The translations under genes and the position numbers were made by a program. The notes beneath the pieces were generated by a model. That model did not search any database, was not told the origin of the DNA, and saw nothing but the letters and a program-made list of their open reading frames with translations. This document shows positions 1 through 10,066 of a DNA stretch of 64,000 nucleotides, piece by piece. Location: contig OZ254086.1 of the NCBI GenBank assembly GCA_965267575.1, positions 1,824,001 through 1,888,000 on the forward strand, read 5' to 3'. Each line of letters begins with the position of its first letter. Within the stretch, counting starts at the first letter, position 1. The stretch is from Calditrichales bacterium. GTDB taxonomy: Bacteria; Calditrichota; Calditrichia; Calditrichales; J004.

Positions 1-803
1 TGGATGGACAAAAGCTGAATCCGCCGAAATTGCTGCATGATAAGAAAATTGTTCTTTTTTCCGATTCGGCTCCGCAAAGCGAGTTGATACAAAAATACCT
101 GCGGCGTTGTGGCGGAAGCATCATGGAAGACGTTGAAAAATTGCCACACGCAAAACCGCATCTGATCATCGTGGATGTGCCGGCGGGGCTGGAAGAAGTG
201 CCCGAAGAATATATGGATAATGAAGCCAGAGCGCTGGAAAACGGTATACCGGTTATCTACCTGTTAGCGGTGGGCAGCCCGTTAAGGCGGCAGTTGGATG
301 AAAACAATCGCAACGTTTTAAACAAACCTCTGCGTTGGCACGTTTTTGAGCGAATGCTGCTAAGGCTTTTTGGTGAAAACGAGACTCCCGTAAGCGACAC
401 GCAGGTGATGAAAAAGTTGACCTTGAATCACAATAAGGCGCGGATCCTGATAGCCGAAGACAACGTGGTCAACCAGCGCGTGGCACGGCGCCTGCTGGAA
501 AGACTGGGATTTGATGCCGAGGTATCTCCTAATGGTGAGGACGCGTTTCAAAAGCAAAAAGCCAATCCTTACGACATTATTTTTATGGATGTGCAGATGC
601 CGGTGATGGATGGCATCGAAGCGGCGCGTTCGATTCGCTCCGGCAACGGGCAAAGCGGCAACAGGCCGGTGATCATCGCGCTGACGGCAAACGCCACTGT
701 CCAGGATCGCCAGCTCTGTCTGGATGCCGGCATGGATGATTACATAAGCAAACCAATCCGCCTGGAGGAGCTGAAATCGATATTGGAAAAACATTTAAAT
801 TAA
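1..803 (+). CDS. C-terminal part of a hybrid sensor histidine kinase/response regulator (receiver domains); 5'-truncated by window edge
   Basis: Frame open from window start; CheY-like receiver ILIAEDNVVNQ...IIFMDVQMPVMDG...IIALTA...YISKP preceded by a degenerate receiver. Confidence 0.85.
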   Translation, partial: DGQKLNPPKLLHDKKIVLFSDSAPQSELIQKYLRRCGGSIMEDVEKLPHAKPHLIIVDVPAGLEEVPEEYMDNEARALENGIPVIYLLAVGSPLRRQLDENNRNVLNKPLRWHVFERMLLRLFGENETPVSDTQVMKKLTLNHNKARILIAEDNVVNQRVARRLLERLGFDAEVSPNGEDAFQKQKANPYDIIFMDVQMPVMDGIEAARSIRSGNGQSGNRPVIIALTANATVQDRQLCLDAGMDDYISKPIRLEELKSILEKHLN

Positions 804-877
804 TTGGCCGTTAAAGATTTGTTTTGTCCGCTAATTTTATTCATTTTGCGACCTGCTTTTTAACAATGGAAAGACTT

Positions 878-3367
878 ATGAAGATATCGGTTTTTATTTT
901 GATTTTTTTTGTTTTTGCCGCGCTGGTCACGGCGCAACCCCTTTCTGAACATAAAGGCATCCACCAGGTGCATTGGGAAAAATTTTCTAAAGATACCCCC
1001 GATTTTACGGCGCCCGATCCGCCTGCTAAGGGCATTATTCCTCTGCAGCCACGCCTTGCCAAAAGCGACCTGTCCGCGAAAGTGTTTGGTTTCCTGCCTG
1101 ATTGGGAATACCCGGGGGCTATGAATAACCTGCGATTCGATCTTCTGACCCACATTGCCGCTTTTGATTTTACGGTTAATGAAAACGGGCAGATCAGCAA
1201 TCCCGCGCGCTGGCCCTGGACCGATCTGATCAATGAAGCGCACAGTAACGGCGTAAAGGTTATCCTTACGGCGGTCAGCTTTGATGGCTTTGTGGTGCAT
1301 GAACTGATCACCAATTCCGGCGCAAAAAACGCCTTCTTCAATAATCTAAAAAATAAAATGCGCACCTATAACCTCGACGGCGTTAATATTGATTTTGAAA
1401 ATTTCTATGAAAGCGATCGCGGCGCGCCGATCAATAATTTTATGGCCGATCTTACAAAGTTTTTGCACGATTCCATCCCCGGCAGTGAAGTGAGCATAGA
1501 CGGCCCTGCTGTGAATTGGGGAGATCATTGGGATTTTGAAGGTCTGGCCAACTCCTGTGATTATATCTTTATTATGGGCTATGCCTTTGCCGGAAGCTGG
1601 AGCGATTTTACCGCCTCAACGGCGCCGCTTACCGGCGGCACTTATAACATCACCAACACCGTTAAGGTGGAGTACAATGACGTGACATTCAGCCAGCCAG
1701 AAAAGTTGATTTTAGGCGTACCCTATTACGGGCACAGATGGCAAGCCGTAGACGGCAGCGCGCACGCCGCCATTGAGGATTTTGAGGGTTCTTATTTTTA
1801 TCGCAGCGCCGCTTCCGGGTTTGCCAATTACGGGACTTTGTGGGATACGCCGACCTCATCGCCGTGGTACCGTTACCAGAGCGCCGGCGAATGGTACCAG
1901 GTTTGGTGCGAGAACGAGCGCAGCCTCGACGAAAAATTCGATCTTGCCGATACGTATGGTCTTGGCGGTGTAGGCATGTGGGCGTTGAACTACGACGGCA
2001 GCCGTAACGAATTCTGGGAAGTGATCCGCCAGCATTACGCGTCGGGCAATCCCGTTTTGCCTTACGAGCCGCGCGGACTGCAGGTGACAAAAGATCAATC
2101 CGGTGATCTGGAAGTCGGCTTTGAAGCCGTTCCGGAAGCTAGCAGTTACTATGTTTACATTAGCGAAGATGGCCTTGCGTTTAATGATTCGGTCAATTCA
2201 GTTGCCACCACGGTAACCTTTGAAGGGCTGAATAGCGGGCAGAATTATTTCTTCCGCGTATGCGCTATTAATGATGCCGGGGCCGGACCCGTAACGGGCG
2301 TGCTGGCAGCAACAGCCGGTTTGAGCGACAGCACTGTTTTGATCGTTGACGGGTTTGACCGCACCAGCGGCACCAGCAACCCGCGAAATTATATCCGCCG
2401 GCATGCCGACGCCTTTGAGGACCTCGGTATATCGTTTGTTTCGGCCAGCAACGAGGCTGTTCAAAGCGGCGCTGTTTTGCTGGAAGATTACCCGATCGTC
2501 AATTGGTTTCTTGGCGACGAAAGCACGGCAGACGATACCTTTAATCCCGCTGAGCAGAGCAAGGTGAAGTCTTACCTGCAGCATGGGGGAAATCTGCTGG
2601 TAAGCGGTGCCGAAGTGGGCTGGGACCTGGTGTCCCAGGGCAACGACAGTGACAACACTTTTTACCGTGATTATTTGAAAGCTTCTTATGTGAGCGACGC
2701 ACCCAACAATAATAAATCAACATATTACACTGCCGGGGGGATGGCTTCTACACCGTTCGCTTCTGCCGGAATGTTTGATTTTGACGATGGAAATTACGGT
2801 ACGTTTGATGTTGACTGGCCTGATGCGATAAAAGGCGCAACAGGCGGTCAGCTTGGTTTTTCCTTTGATGGCGTCAATACGTCTTCCGGTGGTGCGGGTA
2901 TCTATTATAGCGGTACGTTTGGTTCATCGCAGCAGGCGTCGCGGCTGGTTTATCTATCCGTGCCCGTGGAGACCGTTTACCCGCTGGAGAAGCGTGTTGA
3001 TCTTTTACAAAGCATTATGGATTTTTTTGATGAGCCGCTGACAACCATAGAAGACAAAAAAGTTATAAGCGCGAATGATTTCCGGCTTTTGCCCAATTAT
3101 CCCAATCCTTTCAATCCCTCTACAACCATACGTTTTGTGGCACCGTCATCGGGCGAAGCGTTTTTGCAGGTGTATGACATTCAGGGCCGGGTAATTACGG
3201 CATCGCGGCGCAATATTACGCAAAGCGGCGAAGTGTCCTGGCAGTGGCCGGCAAATGGCATGGACACAGGTAACCTCTCCAGCGGGGTCTACATCTACAG
3301 GGTCATCTTTGAAACAAAAAACGGCCACCGTGTTAGTGCCGATGGCCGTATGAATCTCATTCGCTGA
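878..3367 (+). CDS. Secreted GH18 glycoside hydrolase with FN3 domain and C-terminal sorting (T9SS type A/FlgD-like) domain
   Basis: Signal peptide MKISVFILIFF (ATG 878 preferred over TTG 824); LDGVNIDFE catalytic motif, LILGVPYYG, GVGMWAL; FN3 (LNSGQNYFFRVCAIN); YPNPFNPSTTIRF...LSSGVYIYR tail. Confidence 0.85.
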   Translation: MKISVFILIFFVFAALVTAQPLSEHKGIHQVHWEKFSKDTPDFTAPDPPAKGIIPLQPRLAKSDLSAKVFGFLPDWEYPGAMNNLRFDLLTHIAAFDFTVNENGQISNPARWPWTDLINEAHSNGVKVILTAVSFDGFVVHELITNSGAKNAFFNNLKNKMRTYNLDGVNIDFENFYESDRGAPINNFMADLTKFLHDSIPGSEVSIDGPAVNWGDHWDFEGLANSCDYIFIMGYAFAGSWSDFTASTAPLTGGTYNITNTVKVEYNDVTFSQPEKLILGVPYYGHRWQAVDGSAHAAIEDFEGSYFYRSAASGFANYGTLWDTPTSSPWYRYQSAGEWYQVWCENERSLDEKFDLADTYGLGGVGMWALNYDGSRNEFWEVIRQHYASGNPVLPYEPRGLQVTKDQSGDLEVGFEAVPEASSYYVYISEDGLAFNDSVNSVATTVTFEGLNSGQNYFFRVCAINDAGAGPVTGVLAATAGLSDSTVLIVDGFDRTSGTSNPRNYIRRHADAFEDLGISFVSASNEAVQSGAVLLEDYPIVNWFLGDESTADDTFNPAEQSKVKSYLQHGGNLLVSGAEVGWDLVSQGNDSDNTFYRDYLKASYVSDAPNNNKSTYYTAGGMASTPFASAGMFDFDDGNYGTFDVDWPDAIKGATGGQLGFSFDGVNTSSGGAGIYYSGTFGSSQQASRLVYLSVPVETVYPLEKRVDLLQSIMDFFDEPLTTIEDKKVISANDFRLLPNYPNPFNPSTTIRFVAPSSGEAFLQVYDIQGRVITASRRNITQSGEVSWQWPANGMDTGNLSSGVYIYRVIFETKNGHRVSADGRMNLIR

Positions 3368-3369
3368 TT

Positions 3370-5520
3370 CTATTTTTCCGTCATGGTGGTTACACCGTCC
3401 CAGTCCGGAGCGGGCTCGTTGATCTTATACTCCAGGCAGCGCTTGCGGTACATTTTGGACGGGTAGTCATCGGGGTAAAGGTTCAGGCAAAAATCGAAAT
3501 AATCGATGGCCTGGCGCCAGGCACGGTTGCGGAATGCACTGACCCCGCGCTGGTACACCGAAAGCATTTCCAGGTATTTGCTGGGCAGCTTTTCATCACG
3601 CTCGGCGATAAGCTCAAACACCTCGATCGGCTTATCTTTACCCTTAACTTTAATCAGGTCCAACGGCCTGGTGTAAAAATCATTTTTTACATATTCGTAG
3701 GTGAATTCGCTGATCATGATCAACGTGTCATAGAACTTGTTAGCCCCTTCCAGACGCGCGCCAAGGTTTACGTGGTCGCCCATAACCGTATAGTCAAAAA
3801 CAGTCTGTGATCCCATGTTGCCGACAATCACTTCACCGGTGTTAATGCCAACCCGGGCCTGCAGCGCGGGTCTGCCCTCGGCTTTCCACTTTTCGCGCAT
3901 TTGGGCCAGCTTTTTCTGCATTTGCAGGGCTGTGCGGCACGCTGCCTGGGGGTGCTCTTCATAGGGTACCGGCACGCCAAACTCGGCCATGATCGCGTCG
4001 CCCTCATACTTATCAATAATACCGTTATTAGCCAGAACGATATCAGTCATAGCTGTCAGGTATTCATTCAGCAGTGTTACCAGCTCACGCGGCGTCAGCT
4101 TTTCCGATATGCTGGTAAAACCGGCCACGTCGGAGAACAGCACGCTGACCACTCGCTCTTCGCCGCCAAGCTGCAATTTATCAGGATTGTTTATAATCTC
4201 CTGAACGACACCTTCCGGCACGTAGTGGGCAAAGGCACCGCGCAACACCTTTTTCTCCCTCTGCGTTTCCAGGTATTGGTAAACCGTATGACCCACATAA
4301 GCGAAAACAATCACCAGGATAGGGTTGACCATGGGCATGACCAGGCTGTCACTCAAAAATAAACCCATTGACAGGGCGATGTAGCCCAACACCAGCAGCA
4401 CTGCGACGATGGTTGACCAAAGCGTGGGCAGAAACCGCGTGATAAGCCATACCAGAACAATCGCCAGAACAACAATCAGAATATGTGTGAAAAACGGTAC
4501 TTGGTAGAGATAATTGTTGTTCATCATTGTCAGCAGGGCGTTGGCGTGGATTTCCACCCCGGGCATTTCCACCTTAACGGGATTACCCTGATCGTCGGTA
4601 TATTCTAGGAAAGGCGTCGGGAAATTATCGTGCAGCTCCTGCATTGTGGCGCCTATCAACACGATTTTATCTTTCAGCTCGCCCGTGTACTTGAGGCCCG
4701 GTGGCAAGCCAAACTCAACATCGCCCGGATCATCGAACACGTCCAGGTCATAGTCCAGGTTGATGTCGAATTCGGAATCATCCAGCACGTTGACGAAAGA
4801 GTAATACTGAAAACTGTATGCCGGTCCGTGAAAATTGATCAGCATACCGCTTTGCTCATATTTGGGTATAATGCGGTCGTTCACAATGAATGCGCCAGGG
4901 TTGTTCTCCAGTTCAAGATCGGGGTCGTTGTTATACAGGCTCATAATGTGCGCGGCGAATGAACCGAACATCGAATCCTGATGGGCGTCGGCGACAAGAT
5001 AGCGGCGGTAAAAGCCATCCGCGTCGGCTTCGATCGCCACAATACCCCATGGTGTATCGTTTACCTGGAACTTTTCATATGGCGGTATGATTGTGGAGTA
5101 TTTGCGCTGCGTGGAGCGCAGCAGCTTACCGGCAAGAACCACGTTGTCGTTTTCAGCCAGTACCCTGGAAAGCTCATCATCATTTTCCGGACTGTACTTG
5201 TCCGGCTGGTCAAAAATAACGTCTACCCCGATTACCGCTGCACCTGCTTCATTGAGATTTTCAATAACATGGGCGAAATAGGAACGCGGCCAGGGCCAGC
5301 GATGTGCGGTCGCTTCATCGGACTGATCGTCGATTGCCAGAATAACAATCGGGTTGTCTTCCGGCACGACCGGCCCGCGCAATTCATAACGCATGTCCAG
5401 AAATTTCAGTTCAAGGATTTGCAGCGTATCGGTCAGGCTGAGAATATAGGCCAGAAGCACCGCCACAATGCTGATGCCGATCGTTTGAAGAGTACCTGAT
5501 CCTTTCTTCTGTTGTGCCAT
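3370..5520 (-). CDS. CHASE2-domain class III adenylate cyclase
   Basis: CHASE2 motifs (ILAIDD, RWPWPR, GVDVIF, MPGVEIHA), three TM helices, cyclase motifs FSDVAGFT, DKYEGDAIM, DYTVMGDHVNLGARLEG; ends APDWDGV. Confidence 0.93.
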   Translation of the reverse strand: MAQQKKGSGTLQTIGISIVAVLLAYILSLTDTLQILELKFLDMRYELRGPVVPEDNPIVILAIDDQSDEATAHRWPWPRSYFAHVIENLNEAGAAVIGVDVIFDQPDKYSPENDDELSRVLAENDNVVLAGKLLRSTQRKYSTIIPPYEKFQVNDTPWGIVAIEADADGFYRRYLVADAHQDSMFGSFAAHIMSLYNNDPDLELENNPGAFIVNDRIIPKYEQSGMLINFHGPAYSFQYYSFVNVLDDSEFDINLDYDLDVFDDPGDVEFGLPPGLKYTGELKDKIVLIGATMQELHDNFPTPFLEYTDDQGNPVKVEMPGVEIHANALLTMMNNNYLYQVPFFTHILIVVLAIVLVWLITRFLPTLWSTIVAVLLVLGYIALSMGLFLSDSLVMPMVNPILVIVFAYVGHTVYQYLETQREKKVLRGAFAHYVPEGVVQEIINNPDKLQLGGEERVVSVLFSDVAGFTSISEKLTPRELVTLLNEYLTAMTDIVLANNGIIDKYEGDAIMAEFGVPVPYEEHPQAACRTALQMQKKLAQMREKWKAEGRPALQARVGINTGEVIVGNMGSQTVFDYTVMGDHVNLGARLEGANKFYDTLIMISEFTYEYVKNDFYTRPLDLIKVKGKDKPIEVFELIAERDEKLPSKYLEMLSVYQRGVSAFRNRAWRQAIDYFDFCLNLYPDDYPSKMYRKRCLEYKINEPAPDWDGVTTMTEK

Positions 5521-5545
5521 GATAGATCCCCGTTTCTGAAAATAA

Positions 5546-5580
5546 GAAAAACGGCACCACTGTTTTGCAATGGTGCCGTT
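5546..5580 (-). terminator. Intrinsic terminator-like hairpin between the outer-membrane protein gene and the cyclase gene
   Basis: aacggcacca/tggtgccgtt inverted repeat followed by a T-run on the minus strand. Confidence 0.65.
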
Positions 5581-5600
5581 GGCTTGCTTTTAATTTTAGA

Positions 5601-8039
5601 TCAGAATGTTACATCGTAGCGGGTTACGATGATCGTATCCTGGTAATCAATGTTTGGCCTGTCACCATAGTCGATGTAATCCATGCGCAGCGACAGATTG
5701 CCAAGATCGCGGGAGTTAAAAAACAATCCTGCACTGTAGTTCAGGCGATTGTAATTTTGGTCGAACGTGCTGCTTACATTGTCAACCTGCTGTAAGCCCA
5801 GCGTGAAAAAGGGCTTAATGTTTACATCAGCAAAAGCTTTATCAAAACGGTATTCAACGTGTCCGAAAAAGCGGTTTATGTCGTTCGTCGTTTCGTTGCT
5901 GGCGTTTTCACCCAGCGTACTGGTCGATTGCGAAAACCCGAAACGCGTCGTCAACGGAAACTCCCAGTCGTTTTTAACCGACAGGCTGAATACGTTAAAG
6001 TCGGAATTGTTGGAAATATCCATCGAGTCACCGGCGGCCGGTGTCATGGTGTTTTCAACGCGGGTCAGGAAGTTATTGTCACGCGCAACGTTTGAAACGG
6101 AGAATGTAGCCGTATTGCGAATACTGCCTGTGAAAAACGAATAGGTTGAGGCCAGGCTGACACGCTGCGTTGTATTGTCTTCAGGATAAAGCGCCCCACC
6201 GCGGTAAATGTTGTCCGGCGGTGTGTTCCCATTATCGCGAGACTGGTTCCCGAAGGAAAGCGTAATGCTGGGCAGGCTCTGCAACGGGAAGTAGGACAAT
6301 GATGCTCCAAGGTCACTGTTATCGGTTTCAGCGTTTTCCTGAGACAGGTTGTCCGTGTAGTTTTTATAGTAAAGATTCAGGAAAACCTGGTTTTCAAAAA
6401 GACGGATGTTGTCCGTAATAAAGAAACCGCGAATGCCCTTAAGCAAATAGGGGTTACCGGCTGTCACGTAGTCGGCTTCAATGTTTTTATAGGTGAAGCG
6501 CAGATTGTTATTAAAATAATTGAGCGCCATTTCAAACTGCATAGCCAGGTTGGGCAGGGGAGCAAGGCCTTGTGTCAATGTGAGAAAACCTGTCGACTCC
6601 ATGAAGTTAACAAAGCTCTCGGCCAGGTCCTTTTCCGAGCCTTCCAGTTCATATCTGTCTGCCAGCGTATCAAAGTCAACTTCCGTGGTAGCGTCGCTGT
6701 TGGCGATACTGGCCTGCACACTGCTCATAATACGCACACGGCTGGCATCAAAATTCAGATTCAGCGTTGTACCTAATACCAGTGATTCCCGCGGGTTGGC
6801 TCCAAACTTAATCGAACCCGGATCTTCTTTGCCGTTTACCAGATTCAGTCCCCAGTCCACGTGTTTCCCGAAGTGGAAAACCGGGCGTATCGCTAAAAAG
6901 CTTTGCTCGTACGTCCCAAAACGCGTGATAGTCGTATCACTGCCCGCAATAGTCGCTTCGCCTTCCACGCCTTTTGCAGTCTGGCCGGCGGTTACATCAA
7001 GGTCAAAAAACGAAGATTTCATTCCAACGCCAAAACCCAGCACCCGGCGGTTCCAGAAAACAAGCGGATCATAGTCGCCGCTGAAATCACCACCGCGCAC
7101 ATACATGCGAAAATCGGGCGAGAAGTTATAGGCGACATAAGCGCCCACGCGGTTGGGGCTCTGCCCGCTAAAACCCTCGTCGGAACTAAAACGCCCGCGC
7201 AGGTAAAAATCCCAGGCGTTGTATCCGGCATCCCAGTCAAAACCTCCGCGGAAGAAATTATCGTCGCGCTTGCTAATGTTCTGATAGCGGTTATCTGCAA
7301 ACAGCGTTGTACGTTGGCGGAAACCGGCTTCGGCAGCGGAAGCACTGCTGGAGACACGGAAAGACCATTCGGTGGAGCCAACGGGATTACCGTTGCTATC
7401 AAATAACTTAAATTCCACGTTATGGATACCGGTACGGATATTTTGTGGTGAGAACGTATAAAGTGTACCGTCACGATCCATCAGGGTCGTAACGTTTACG
7501 CCGTCAATCAGAAGGCGCGTCCGGTCATGGTCGATCGCCGCATCGGCATCAGGTACCGAAATGGCCAGCAGCAGTTCATCCTGCGGCACAACATCATTCG
7601 GCTCCGGGCTCAGTATCAAAATTTCCACGCGTGATTGATAGGCAGCGGCCGGACCTTCACTGCCCGCGCTCAGGATAAAACTGAGCGGCTCATTGGCTGC
7701 GTTGGCCTCGGGATAGGTAAAAACATTGCCATCCATGGTTTGCATGGCAAAGTAATACTCCACATGCCCGCTATTTATCTGCGACGTGTTGAGTGTAGCC
7801 GACATGGTATAACCCTGTTCCTGCATGGGGACCGAGAGGTAATCGGCCTGGCCGCGCTCACGATAGAATAGCCGGCCCTCATAAATATTGGCATCAAAAG
7901 ACATGATGTTCAGGTCCAGGCGCAGCGCCTCTCCCTTTACGGCACTCTCTGGCTGGTAATGTACAAACACCGGAACGCCGGCAAAGAGATAGCTACATCC
8001 TGCAATTAACAATCCATAAAGTATATGGCGCATTTTCAT
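5601..8039 (-). CDS. Hypothetical outer-membrane protein (N-terminal Ig-like domains, C-terminal beta-barrel)
   Basis: Signal peptide, alternating beta-strand pattern, terminal YDVTF (C-terminal Phe); RBS ggaga. Confidence 0.7.
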   Translation of the reverse strand: MKMRHILYGLLIAGCSYLFAGVPVFVHYQPESAVKGEALRLDLNIMSFDANIYEGRLFYRERGQADYLSVPMQEQGYTMSATLNTSQINSGHVEYYFAMQTMDGNVFTYPEANAANEPLSFILSAGSEGPAAAYQSRVEILILSPEPNDVVPQDELLLAISVPDADAAIDHDRTRLLIDGVNVTTLMDRDGTLYTFSPQNIRTGIHNVEFKLFDSNGNPVGSTEWSFRVSSSASAAEAGFRQRTTLFADNRYQNISKRDDNFFRGGFDWDAGYNAWDFYLRGRFSSDEGFSGQSPNRVGAYVAYNFSPDFRMYVRGGDFSGDYDPLVFWNRRVLGFGVGMKSSFFDLDVTAGQTAKGVEGEATIAGSDTTITRFGTYEQSFLAIRPVFHFGKHVDWGLNLVNGKEDPGSIKFGANPRESLVLGTTLNLNFDASRVRIMSSVQASIANSDATTEVDFDTLADRYELEGSEKDLAESFVNFMESTGFLTLTQGLAPLPNLAMQFEMALNYFNNNLRFTYKNIEADYVTAGNPYLLKGIRGFFITDNIRLFENQVFLNLYYKNYTDNLSQENAETDNSDLGASLSYFPLQSLPSITLSFGNQSRDNGNTPPDNIYRGGALYPEDNTTQRVSLASTYSFFTGSIRNTATFSVSNVARDNNFLTRVENTMTPAAGDSMDISNNSDFNVFSLSVKNDWEFPLTTRFGFSQSTSTLGENASNETTNDINRFFGHVEYRFDKAFADVNIKPFFTLGLQQVDNVSSTFDQNYNRLNYSAGLFFNSRDLGNLSLRMDYIDYGDRPNIDYQDTIIVTRYDVTF

Positions 8040-8062
8040 TTGATCTCTCCTTCAGGCGCTTT

Positions 8063-8743
8063 TTATTCTTTTTCGGCTTTAAATTTTAACAGCTTGTTTT
8101 GTCCCCGATCGTTTTCAAACTCGAATTCAAATTCATCCGGTGTGTCATCATCGCCATCAAGGGACGGCTTTTCACCCGGCTTTGTCTTTGTTACGATGGG
8201 TTTGCTGTTTTGCGAGCTGACGTAGCCTTTTTCGCCTTTATTGAGTAAGGCGGTTCCGGCTTCGTTTTCGATCTCGATAACGCCTTCTTCGCCAAAGTAG
8301 GTGGTAGCGCCTTTAAACTCCTGGATTGTCCAGAATATGGTGCCCTTTACCGATGCCACAGACGTGGGTGTCGTAACGCGGTATGGGCTGCGCTGGCGGG
8401 TGATTTTGGAAAATATGGTACCTACTTCCACAAAAATGTTTTTTGCTACGGACTGGTTCTCTTTTTTGGTGTTAACCGTACAGGTGCTGTTGGGACGAAC
8501 ACGAAGCAGACTGTTGTCATCAAGAAATTTGATGGCAACACGGCCGGTTTTGTTGGTGGTAATTTTGTCGCCATCGGCAAGTTTGGTTCCGCGTTTTGCT
8601 TCAACCGATTTACCGGTTTCTTCATTCTTGATGCTTACGCCACCGCTGGCCTTTATCACAATAGCTACGGGATCATCGGCAGCCAGGTATCCGATAAAAA
8701 AAGTTATAAAAAGGGTTGTCAGCAGAATTGACAGCTTTTTCAT
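8063..8743 (-). CDS. FecR-domain exported protein
   Basis: Signal peptide; GDKITT...AIKFLDDNSLLRVRPNS and VTTPTSVASVKGTIF motifs typical of FecR-like domains. Confidence 0.85.
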   Translation of the reverse strand: MKKLSILLTTLFITFFIGYLAADDPVAIVIKASGGVSIKNEETGKSVEAKRGTKLADGDKITTNKTGRVAIKFLDDNSLLRVRPNSTCTVNTKKENQSVAKNIFVEVGTIFSKITRQRSPYRVTTPTSVASVKGTIFWTIQEFKGATTYFGEEGVIEIENEAGTALLNKGEKGYVSSQNSKPIVTKTKPGEKPSLDGDDDTPDEFEFEFENDRGQNKLLKFKAEKE

Positions 8744-8754
8744 TAGGGGCCTCC

Positions 8755-9906
8755 TTAGTTGCTGCTGATAATATTCAAATCCTTGATCTCAACATTCTGA
8801 TCACGATAGCGTTCCAGGATTTGATAGAGTTCCTGCGGCGAAACAGCGGAACCGTTAAAGCGAATTGTTTTCAGATCATAATTATCAAGTTGACGGATTA
8901 TTTCTTCGGCGCGGTTACCCAGGAGCTGCCTTAAAAGCTGTTCCAGTTCCTGCTTGGCCATGCTGTTTTCAGAAAAACCACCGGCGGCCGGGTCAACGAC
9001 TGTAAAGGACCAGATTTCACTTATAACTTCGTTCTCCCCGGATGAGGTCTGAATGAACGATTTTACCAGCCATACATATGAACCGCCGTATTCCAGCGGT
9101 ACGGCAGGTGCGCCGCTGGGGCCCGTTCCGTCCGGGTACTGCAGCGACAGACTGTTCAACCGGCCCGAGGCATATACCGGCACGGTATTCAGGATGTCCT
9201 CAATGGAGCCAAATTCATTGCGCTTTTTAAACACTACAAGCTGATACTCGCCACTGTTGCCGTTCCAGTTAAAGACAGGCTGCGTCGTGTAAACCTCATA
9301 GTCGATACCGGAGTTTACGTTTGCTCCCGGAGACACAAGGTTGATCAATGTGGGATTGGAAATACTGAAGTTTCTGCTGGTGCCGCCCTGCAGGTCATCC
9401 TGCGCCGGGTTCTTTATTCTGTTTTGAGATTGATAAGCGTTTATAGTTAGCTGGTATTCACCAACCGGAAGCTGGCCGGAACTAAGGATATTGCTGCGCA
9501 GATCTTCGGCCGCTTCGTTAATTCCGCTGTCACTGATGCGGACGATTGTGTTCGAGTTTGTGGGGTCAAAGGCAAATGTTCCGTTTGAAAGCGCGACATT
9601 GTCAAGCGTACCCATCGCACCAGCCGGCACCGTAAAGAAATCCGTTTCCGAGAAAGCCAGCAGTTCGCCGTTTACCGCAAAATCAATCCGCAAATAGGTA
9701 TTTGTAAGCTGTTGGCCGCTCGTGTTGGTTATACTCATACGGAACAACTGCTCCGAAGTACCAACCTGCAGAAAGTCCAGATCGGAAATAAAAACGGACT
9801 GATAACGCTCCAGCCCTAAATCTTCCACGACAATATTTAACTGGGCGTGCGCAAAGTTAAAACAGGCAAACACCAGTATCATTTGCCAAAGTTTGGAAAA
9901 ACGCAT
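8755..9906 (-). CDS. Hypothetical exported protein
   Basis: ATG 9906 after ggagg RBS, signal peptide ending AHA; beta-rich Ig/FN3-like body. Confidence 0.75.
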   Translation of the reverse strand: MRFSKLWQMILVFACFNFAHAQLNIVVEDLGLERYQSVFISDLDFLQVGTSEQLFRMSITNTSGQQLTNTYLRIDFAVNGELLAFSETDFFTVPAGAMGTLDNVALSNGTFAFDPTNSNTIVRISDSGINEAAEDLRSNILSSGQLPVGEYQLTINAYQSQNRIKNPAQDDLQGGTSRNFSISNPTLINLVSPGANVNSGIDYEVYTTQPVFNWNGNSGEYQLVVFKKRNEFGSIEDILNTVPVYASGRLNSLSLQYPDGTGPSGAPAVPLEYGGSYVWLVKSFIQTSSGENEVISEIWSFTVVDPAAGGFSENSMAKQELEQLLRQLLGNRAEEIIRQLDNYDLKTIRFNGSAVSPQELYQILERYRDQNVEIKDLNIISSN

Positions 9907-10066
9907 TGTGGATATCCTCCTTTTAGTGGAACGAAACAGGCCGGACATATGCCCGCCTCGAAAGATATGATGTTAGCAATCTCAAAGAGTTCAAGGTGTG
10001 ATTTATGTCCGATTATACAGAGCGACTGGTTTGAAAGCAAACCCCGAAATAACAAAAAATGCTGCC

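Noticed and set aside
9997-10012. TGTGA-N6-TCCGA as a CRP site upstream of the cyclase cluster
   Set aside because: Second half-site matches only 3/5; chance occurrence is plausible
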